DNA from: Candidatus Shapirobacteria bacterium
GTDB lineage: Bacteria; Patescibacteriota; Microgenomatia; UBA12405
DNA: 64,000 nucleotides
Assembly (NCBI GenBank): GCA_041659325.1
Contig: JBAZYN010000001.1
Span: forward strand, 67,342 to 131,341
Direction: 5' to 3'
The notes under the pieces were generated by a model, which was given only the letters and a program-made list of their open reading frames with translations, was not told the DNA's origin and made no database searches. A program made the translations under genes and the position numbers. Shown here one piece after another: positions 57,274 through 64,000 of the stretch (position 1 is its first letter; every line of letters starts with the position of its first letter).

Positions 57274-57322
57274 TTTATAACTTTAAAAAATTTATAAACT
57301 TTCAAACTTTATAACATAAATT

Positions 57323-57805
57323 ATGTCCAGAAAAGGTCAAAGTAAAATAAGAGACATCGTCCCCGACACAAAATATGCCAGTGTTATTGTGGGTAAGCTT
57401 ATTAATGCTGCCATGAAAGACGGCAAAAAATCAGTCGCCGAAAAACAGGTTTTTAATGCATTGGCGCTTGTCCAAAAAGAAACCGCCACGGCCGATGTTA
57501 CCACCACCTTTGAACAGGCTCTCGACAATATCAAGCCAAAAGTTGAAGTTCGTCCTCGACGCATCGGTGGCGCTGTGTATCAGGTTCCTACTCCGGTCCG
57601 CGGTAACCGCCAGTATTCTCTTGCCCTACGCTGGTTGATAACTGCCTCTCGCGCAAAAGCCAATAAGCAGTATCACACTTTTGCCGAAAAACTTTCGTCA
57701 GAAATCCTGCTTGCCCTGAAGAACGAGGGGGTAGCTGTTTCCAAAAGAGTTGAGATAGAAAGAATGGCCGAGGCCAACAAAGCCTTTGCCCACTTACGCT
57801 GGTAA
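57323..57805 (+). CDS. rpsG: 30S ribosomal protein S7
   Basis: DGKKSVA, RRIGGAVYQVP, MAEANKAFAH. Confidence 0.98.
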   Translation: MSRKGQSKIRDIVPDTKYASVIVGKLINAAMKDGKKSVAEKQVFNALALVQKETATADVTTTFEQALDNIKPKVEVRPRRIGGAVYQVPTPVRGNRQYSLALRWLITASRAKANKQYHTFAEKLSSEILLALKNEGVAVSKRVEIERMAEANKAFAHLRW

Positions 57806-57831
57806 CCGAAATCGTCTATACTGAAACTAGG

Positions 57832-59253
57832 ATGTCTATTTTTTCTAAAGGTAAAGTTGTTGTCTGGCCAAAATCTCAGAGTCTAGAAATTTACCACGAT
57901 AAAAAAGAAAACAACACTCTCAGTTTTGATATAAATCTTTGGACCCCCCAAAACGATACCGACCTTCAGCCATTTTCCCTATACGTTCAGCAAAATGGCA
58001 TTGAATCATGTGTCGTCTTAGTCCCCGACGACGTCGTCTATACCAGGTCATTCATATACGACACCCAAATTTCGCAAATCGATAAAAAAGAAGTCATCGG
58101 CTTGGCGGAGGGTTTTATTAAGTTCAAAATAGACCCGTCTTCACTGGAATACAAGCTAGTTCCGGATACCAACAAGACTGTCATTCAAACTACTATATAT
58201 GATAAATCAAAAGTTGATATTCTCATCTCAAATCTTGAAAAAACAGGCATAAAATCATGTTCTGTCAAAACCATATCGTCCTCAATTTCAAACGCCATCT
58301 CGACTTTTTTTGACAAAGAATATTTTATTTTATATCCGCTAAACAACTCAGAATACACCCTGATTTTATCAAAGGCCGGTTCAGTTTATTTAACTTCTAA
58401 TTTAAAAGGCTCATCTCTTGACATCCAAAAAATTATTAATTATTCGAATCTATATTTTTCTGGTCCGACCACCAAGATATATCTGCCTCAAAACAAAGAA
58501 ATTGAAATATCCAGTACTACAGAACTCGAGAAAACCCAGTACAACGAAAGTCAGATATCTCAAAATCTTGGAAAGCCTTCAAATTTCCCACTTCCCGTAT
58601 TGGGAGTAATGATTTCCCAAAGCGAAACAAAGCCTGCTATAATTACCCAGGTAAAAGATATTAGTTCAGGAAAAAACAAAATGGAAAACAAAAAAAACGT
58701 CCTCCCAATCATAGCCGTTTTCGTTGTTACTGCCGCCGCCGCCGCAATAATAATTTATTTTATACTTAATCGAAACATCTCGCCTCAGGAAACCGTCGTA
58801 GCCGAAGTTACTCCGACTCTCACCCAAAGTGAAATGATTCCGACCGAGACACCCATCCCCACTGTGGCAGAAATTAGTAAAAAATTAAAACTGCAGGTCC
58901 TCAACGCCACTTCTATTAGTGGTCAGGCAGCCACCGTCAAGGAGATGTTAACCAAACTAGGTTTTACTGACGTAACTGTTGGCAATAGCAAAGAAACTCT
59001 TTCCGGGAACGAAGTCAGAATAAAAACCTCTTTGGAAGGCGTAAAAGAATATTTTGGCCAGAATCTTTCCGGTAAATTCGATGCCGAATATTCATCGGAG
59101 CTCAAAGACAGCTCAAATTATGACGTAATTTTTGTTATCGGTGTAGATCTCAGCACCAGCACTGCCTCTGGAGAAACAAGCCCAACACCCACCGAAAAAG
59201 TCAGTGTTACGCCCACCACAAAAGCGTCCGTAACTATCACTCCAACTCCTTAA
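57832..59253 (+). CDS. Membrane protein: cytoplasmic N-domain, TM, LytR C-terminal domain, Pro/Thr tail
   Basis: LQVLNATSISGQAA...GF...VGN and DVIFVIGVD (LytR_C); N-domain loosely PilM/GspL-like. Confidence 0.75.
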   Translation: MSIFSKGKVVVWPKSQSLEIYHDKKENNTLSFDINLWTPQNDTDLQPFSLYVQQNGIESCVVLVPDDVVYTRSFIYDTQISQIDKKEVIGLAEGFIKFKIDPSSLEYKLVPDTNKTVIQTTIYDKSKVDILISNLEKTGIKSCSVKTISSSISNAISTFFDKEYFILYPLNNSEYTLILSKAGSVYLTSNLKGSSLDIQKIINYSNLYFSGPTTKIYLPQNKEIEISSTTELEKTQYNESQISQNLGKPSNFPLPVLGVMISQSETKPAIITQVKDISSGKNKMENKKNVLPIIAVFVVTAAAAAIIIYFILNRNISPQETVVAEVTPTLTQSEMIPTETPIPTVAEISKKLKLQVLNATSISGQAATVKEMLTKLGFTDVTVGNSKETLSGNEVRIKTSLEGVKEYFGQNLSGKFDAEYSSELKDSSNYDVIFVIGVDLSTSTASGETSPTPTEKVSVTPTTKASVTITPTP

Positions 59254-59256
59254 ACG

Positions 59257-60264
59257 ATGAAAATACTTGTCACAGGTGGTTTAGGTTTTATCGGTACAAA
59301 TTTTATTAAATTTTGGCGTAGGAACCATCCTGATGATTTCATAGTCAATCTGGACAAAATCACTTATGCCGCTAACCCCGCAAATCTAGTCGAATTTGAA
59401 GATGATCCTCAATATAAATTTGTCAAGGGCGATATCCTTGACACCGAGATTGTTGACAAATTGGTTTTTGACACCGACTTAATAGTTCATTTTGCCGCCG
59501 AATCACACGTCGACCGATCAATCGACGACCCCTCTCAGTTTGTTAAAACAAATGTATTGGGGACTTACAACTTACTAAGTTACGCCCAAAAACACGGCCA
59601 AAAAAGATTTCACCACATTTCCACCGACGAAGTTTTTGGTTCGATAGGAATAGATTCGCAGGATCAGTTTACCGAAAATACTCCCTATGACCCTAGCAGC
59701 CCTTATTCTGCCTCTAAGGCATCTTCGGATCATTTTGTCCGCGCTTTTGCCAAAACTTTTAAGCTCCCGATAACTATTACAAATTGCTCCAACAATTACG
59801 GTCCTTTTCAGCACCCGGAAAAATTTATCCCCCGAATGATTACTAACTTGCTTGACGGTAAAAATGTTCCGGTCTACGGCCAAGGTCTAAATTTACGTGA
59901 TTGGTTGTATGTGCAAGATCATTGTTCAGCCATCGAGACAGTAATTCTTAAGGGAAAAATCGGTGAAACATATTGTGTTGGTGGACTAAAAGGTGGTACC
60001 AGGAATATCGACATTGTCAAAACCGTCTTGGAAAAAATGCAATTAGACGAATCAAAAATCGAGTATGTCCCGGACCGACCCGCTCACGATAATTATTCGG
60101 TAAACTGGTCAAAAATCAACATTGAATTGGGCTGGTCACCAAAATTTACCCTGGAATCCGGGTTGGCGGCTACCGTCAACTGGTATCAGGAAAATGGAAA
60201 ATGGTGGCGTACTTCCAAGGCCGAAGCCGAGGAATTTTATAAAAAACTAAATTCCGCCAAATAA
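59257..60264 (+). CDS. rmlB: dTDP-glucose 4,6-dehydratase
   Basis: VTGGLGFIG, FAAESHVDRSI, STDEVFG, PYSASKAS, CSNNYGP. Confidence 0.97.
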   Translation: MKILVTGGLGFIGTNFIKFWRRNHPDDFIVNLDKITYAANPANLVEFEDDPQYKFVKGDILDTEIVDKLVFDTDLIVHFAAESHVDRSIDDPSQFVKTNVLGTYNLLSYAQKHGQKRFHHISTDEVFGSIGIDSQDQFTENTPYDPSSPYSASKASSDHFVRAFAKTFKLPITITNCSNNYGPFQHPEKFIPRMITNLLDGKNVPVYGQGLNLRDWLYVQDHCSAIETVILKGKIGETYCVGGLKGGTRNIDIVKTVLEKMQLDESKIEYVPDRPAHDNYSVNWSKINIELGWSPKFTLESGLAATVNWYQENGKWWRTSKAEAEEFYKKLNSAK

Positions 60265-60794
60265 TGGTTTTTATAGAAACCAAAATATCCGGTCTCTTAA
60301 TGATTGAGCCAAAAGTGTTTGCCGACTCGCGCGGTTTCTTTTTGGAGTCGTATAGCCAGAAAGTTTTCGCCGATAACGGCATAAATACCATATTTGTTCA
60401 GGACAACCACTCCCGATCCTCAAAAAATGTTCTTCGTGGCCTTCATTTTCAAAAACGCCCTTTTGCTCAGGACAAATTAATTAGGGTAACATCGGGCGAA
60501 GTGTTCGATGTGGCGGTTGATATCCGCCCCGGCTCTCCGACCTACGGAAAATACGAATCAGCTATCCTCTCAGCCGAAAACCACAAAATGTTTTTAATCC
60601 CGGCGGGTTTTGCTCACGGCTTTTGTGTTTTAAGCGAAACTGTAGATTTCTTGTATAAGTGTAGTAACTACTATTCTAAAGAATCTGAGGGGGGAATTGT
60701 TTACAACGATCCCGATCTAAATATTCCCTGGCCGGTTGAAAACCCAATCTTGTCAGATAAAGATAAATTATGGCCTTCATTAAAAAACATATGA
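60264..60794 (+). CDS. rmlC: dTDP-4-dehydrorhamnose 3,5-epimerase
   Basis: DSRGFF, QDNHSRS, LRGLHFQ, GFAHGF. Confidence 0.97.
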   Translation: MVFIETKISGLLMIEPKVFADSRGFFLESYSQKVFADNGINTIFVQDNHSRSSKNVLRGLHFQKRPFAQDKLIRVTSGEVFDVAVDIRPGSPTYGKYESAILSAENHKMFLIPAGFAHGFCVLSETVDFLYKCSNYYSKESEGGIVYNDPDLNIPWPVENPILSDKDKLWPSLKNI

Positions 60795-61681
60795 CATTAA
60801 AACCAAAAATAATTGGTACCGGCCTTTCTGGCCTAGTTGGATCCCGGGTTGTGGAGTTACTCCAAGATCGTCTCGAATTTGTAGATTTCTCTCTGGAAAC
60901 CGGTATTAATTTACTGGATCAACAAAATTTATCAACTGCTTTTTCCTCCCACCAAGACGCCACCGCCATTCTTCATTTGGCCGCATTTACAGACACCGGC
61001 GCTGCCTGGCTTCAAAGAGGGGATAAGTCTGCTCCTTGTTATCAGGTCAATGTAATTGGTGTCCAAAATCTTTTAGAACTAGCCAAAAAGTATCACAAAT
61101 ATTTTATAAACATATCTACTGATTTTGTCTTTGATGGCACCACCGATGGTAAATATACCGAAGAATCAACTCCCAATCCCATCGAGTGGTATGGCCAAAC
61201 CAAATATGAAGCCGAAAAGCTAGTTTCCGCTTCAGGGGTCAGCTTCTCCACGGTTCGTTTAGCCTTCCCTTATCGGGCAAAGTTCGAGCCCAAAAAAGAT
61301 CTTATCCGTAAACTAATCGACAATTTCAAATCGGGGAATTTATACCCCATGTTTACCGACCAAATCACCACTCCGACTTTTATTGACGATATTGCCCTTG
61401 CTCTAGGTTACATTTTAGATAATCAGCCAAACGGCATTTTTCATGTAGTTGGCTCTTCTTCCCAAAGCCCCTACCAAATGGCCCAAATGATCGCCGATAC
61501 TTTTGATTTTGATAAATTATTAGTTAAAGAGGGGAGTCTTGTCGACTTTGTTGCCTCCCAGCCCCCCGATTCCCGCCCCTGGCAAAAAAATCTTTCACTC
61601 TCAAATAAAAAAATATCCGATCTAGGTATCAAGATGAAGACTCTTTCCGAAGGTCTTCAAACGTTAAAAACACAACTTTAA
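60791..61681 (+). CDS. rmlD: dTDP-4-dehydrorhamnose reductase-like SDR
   Basis: TGLSGLVG, HLAAFTD, STDFVFDG, YGQTK, DQITTPT; ATGA overlap with the rmlC stop. Confidence 0.88.
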   Translation: MTLKPKIIGTGLSGLVGSRVVELLQDRLEFVDFSLETGINLLDQQNLSTAFSSHQDATAILHLAAFTDTGAAWLQRGDKSAPCYQVNVIGVQNLLELAKKYHKYFINISTDFVFDGTTDGKYTEESTPNPIEWYGQTKYEAEKLVSASGVSFSTVRLAFPYRAKFEPKKDLIRKLIDNFKSGNLYPMFTDQITTPTFIDDIALALGYILDNQPNGIFHVVGSSSQSPYQMAQMIADTFDFDKLLVKEGSLVDFVASQPPDSRPWQKNLSLSNKKISDLGIKMKTLSEGLQTLKTQL

Positions 61682-61705
61682 TTTGGAGATAATCAATAAT
61701 TAGCT

Positions 61706-63040
61706 ATGACAAACAATACGATTATTTCAACCAATGAAGAAATTATTCAAAAAGTAAATCAGGCTCAAAAAGCCAAAAAATTATGGAAAGAATTGAGTGT
61801 TGAGAACAGAAACAAATACTTTAAAAAAATTATTGAATTAATTGTCGAAAATAAGAAAGATTTAGCCACTCTTCAATCAAAAGAAATAGGGATGCCGATT
61901 TCTCAGTCTATCGCCGATGTAGAAGATGCTGTTCGTTACTCGCAATGGTATGTTGATTATGTTTTGGAGTATTTATCTCCTCAAAAAACTTACGAAGACG
62001 ACAAAATTTATCATCAGGTTTTTCACGAACCTTATGGAGTCACCGCTGTTATCACTCCTTGGAACTTTCCAATATCAAACTTTGTTTGGGGAGTCATGCA
62101 AAATCTTGTTGTTGGCAATGTAGCTGTTTTTAAGCACTCGGAAGAATGTTCGTTATTTGGCAAGAAGTTAGAAGAAATAGTCTCTCAAGCCAACCTTCCC
62201 GAAGGCGTTTTTTCAGAAATTTATGGAAACGGTCAGGTTGGTGATTTTTTAGTTCATCAAAACATCGATTTAATTTGGTTTACCGGCAGTACAAAAGTTG
62301 GTCAATCTCTTTACAAAATCGCTGCCGAAAAATTTATCAAAGCGGTTTTTGAGTTGGGGGGTTCCTCCCCTGGAATTATTTTTGCTGATGCAGATGTCGA
62401 CAATACCCTTGAAACAATTTTTTCAAATCGTTTTTACAATTGTGGTCAAGTTTGTGACGGACTCAAAAGATTGATTGTTCACCAAAGCCGTTATGATGAA
62501 ATTATCGAAAAACTCAAAAAATTAATTCAAAGTAAAAAAGTTGGCAATGCTCTCGATCCCACCACCGACATTGGGCCTCTGGTTGCCAAGCGCCAACTTG
62601 ACCTCCTTAAAGAACAATTTCAAGATGCCATCAACAAAGGCGCCAATGTTGAATGTGGCGGAAAAGAAATAGTTAATCTTGACGGATTTTTCTTTGAGCC
62701 GACAATATTGACAAATATTTCTCCAAATATGAAAATCTGGCATGAAGAAGTTTTTGGACCAATTCTTCCGGTCGTACCTTTTCAAACCGAAGAAGAAGCT
62801 GTTAAGTTGGCCAACGACACCAAATATGGCCTAGGTTCATATATTTTTACCGAAGATAAAGAGTTAGCAAAAAAAATTGCCTCTCAAATTGAAGCCGGTA
62901 TGGTTGGCATAAATAATGCTTATTATGGCCAACCTGGAAGCCCTTTTGGTGGTCAAAAACTTTCTGGTATGGGTCGTAGCCACGGCACCTTTGGTTTTCA
63001 CGACTTAACCCAAATCAAAGTTGTCGCCTTTGAAAAATAG
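61706..63040 (+). CDS. NAD(P)-dependent aldehyde dehydrogenase (GabD-like)
   Basis: ITPWNFP, FTGST, ELGGS, GQVC, EEVFGP, PFGG.K.SG. Confidence 0.95.
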   Translation: MTNNTIISTNEEIIQKVNQAQKAKKLWKELSVENRNKYFKKIIELIVENKKDLATLQSKEIGMPISQSIADVEDAVRYSQWYVDYVLEYLSPQKTYEDDKIYHQVFHEPYGVTAVITPWNFPISNFVWGVMQNLVVGNVAVFKHSEECSLFGKKLEEIVSQANLPEGVFSEIYGNGQVGDFLVHQNIDLIWFTGSTKVGQSLYKIAAEKFIKAVFELGGSSPGIIFADADVDNTLETIFSNRFYNCGQVCDGLKRLIVHQSRYDEIIEKLKKLIQSKKVGNALDPTTDIGPLVAKRQLDLLKEQFQDAINKGANVECGGKEIVNLDGFFFEPTILTNISPNMKIWHEEVFGPILPVVPFQTEEEAVKLANDTKYGLGSYIFTEDKELAKKIASQIEAGMVGINNAYYGQPGSPFGGQKLSGMGRSHGTFGFHDLTQIKVVAFEK

Positions 63041-63065
63041 TTTTTTTGGTTGTTATAATTCACAA

Positions 63066-63629
63066 ATGACAAAACTAGTCTATATCACTCACCCATCGGT
63101 AGAATTGGATAAAAGTAAGCCTCCACACGAGTGGGGACTGTCGGAAAAAGGCTTTGACCAAGCTAAAATACTAATCGAAAAACCGCTCTGGAAAGAAGTT
63201 GATGTTATTTATTCAAGCACCGAGCCAAAAGCCGTTCAGGTGGCCCAACTTGCTTCTGAAAAATATCACTCCCCTTGGTTTCAGGATAAAGATCTTGGGG
63301 AAGCCGACCGCACCGTCACGCCGTTTTTACCCCAGGAAGAATATATGTCTGCCGTCCAGGAAGCGTATCTGAATCCGGATGACAACATTAGGGGTTGGGA
63401 GAGTCATCACCATATGATGAAAAGAAATGTTTCAGTTTTGGAAAAAATAAAAAAAGACTACAAGGGCAAAACAATCGTAATTATCGGCCATGGTGGTGCC
63501 GGAACCACTATCAAATGTTATATAAAAGGCATTGAGCCTCAGTTTTCGGAAGATCCAAAACAGACGGGTTGTATCTTTATCGCCGACCTTGATTCAAATG
63601 TCATCATTCAGGATTGGCAAAAATACTAA
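63066..63629 (+). CDS. Histidine phosphatase superfamily protein (THP variant)
   Basis: YITHP at the RHG position, YSSTEPKA, LGE, IIGHGG; start 63066 follows TGTTATAAT-N6. Confidence 0.8.
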   Translation: MTKLVYITHPSVELDKSKPPHEWGLSEKGFDQAKILIEKPLWKEVDVIYSSTEPKAVQVAQLASEKYHSPWFQDKDLGEADRTVTPFLPQEEYMSAVQEAYLNPDDNIRGWESHHHMMKRNVSVLEKIKKDYKGKTIVIIGHGGAGTTIKCYIKGIEPQFSEDPKQTGCIFIADLDSNVIIQDWQKY

Positions 63630-63651
63630 TTTTACATGCTAGCATAGGCAC

Positions 63652-64000
63652 ATGGACACAGAAGAATGTCAAAAAGTTTCCGTAGCGGGGTTACTTATTC
63701 TCAACGGCAAAGCCCTTGTTGTTAGACGGTCGGGCAAAGAAACTTTTCTCCCCGGAGTCTATGAAATACCGGGTGGCAAAGTTGAATTTGGTGAAAAACC
63801 GAACCAGAGTATCATAAGAGAATTCCAGGAAGAAGTTAATTTAAAAATTAAACCCTTAATTCCGTTTAGGGTATTTGATTACATATCAAAAGAAGGGAAA
63901 AGACAGACAATAGAAATCGTCTATTTAGTTGAATTAGACAATGATACCGCTAATAATTTAAAACTTAGCGACGCACACGATAAATATGAATGGGTAGGCA
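63652..64000 (+). CDS. Nudix hydrolase (partial, runs off the window)
   Basis: Manual translation shows the Nudix box PGGKVEFGEKPNQSIIREFQEEVNL; TGCTAGCAT-N6-ATG upstream. Confidence 0.9.
   Translation, partial: MDTEECQKVSVAGLLILNGKALVVRRSGKETFLPGVYEIPGGKVEFGEKPNQSIIREFQEEVNLKIKPLIPFRVFDYISKEGKRQTIEIVYLVELDNDTANNLKLSDAHDKYEWVG

Overview
Gene-dense, AT-rich bacterial chromosomal segment with almost all genes on the + strand. Streamlined core proteins (IF2 without its N-domain, short AlaRS, TRAM-less MiaB, protease-less Lon), an archaeal/eukaryote-type ProRS and many Pro/Thr-rich surface proteins suggest a CPR/Patescibacteria (Microgenomates-like) genome; this is inference, not a database result. 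Contents in order: (1) 1-10.2 kb, an envelope cluster with a Pro/Thr-rich LPNAG surface protein, a DPPR-synthase-like UbiA, three tandem GT-C glycosyltransferases, DUF362, PAP2 and a YYY-motif membrane protein; (2) pcrA, femX-like, gatCAB, two orphans, a UvrD-nuclease fusion and rmuC; (3) CIRCE-hrcA-grpE-dnaK-dnaJ, nusA, infB, a degenerate DHH protein, rpsO, pnp, Lon-AAA, UDG, rnj, proS, ftsK, rodZ-like, alaS; (4) baseplate-J-like membrane protein, sortase, ruvX, mltG, miaB-like, an LPASG Ig protein and a pacifastin-motif protein; (5) rpoBC-rpsL-rpsG with no fusA/tuf following, a LytR_C protein, rmlBCD, ALDH, a histidine phosphatase and a partial Nudix gene. I recognised no rRNA, tRNA, CRISPR array or transposase. 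The best candidate for a new system is a polyprenyl-phospho-pentose-dependent glycosylation pathway for sortase-anchored Pro/Thr-rich proteins. Other notable signals are widespread leaderless-type promoters, palindromic repeats (one inside gatC) and natural rifampicin/streptomycin-resistance-type residues.
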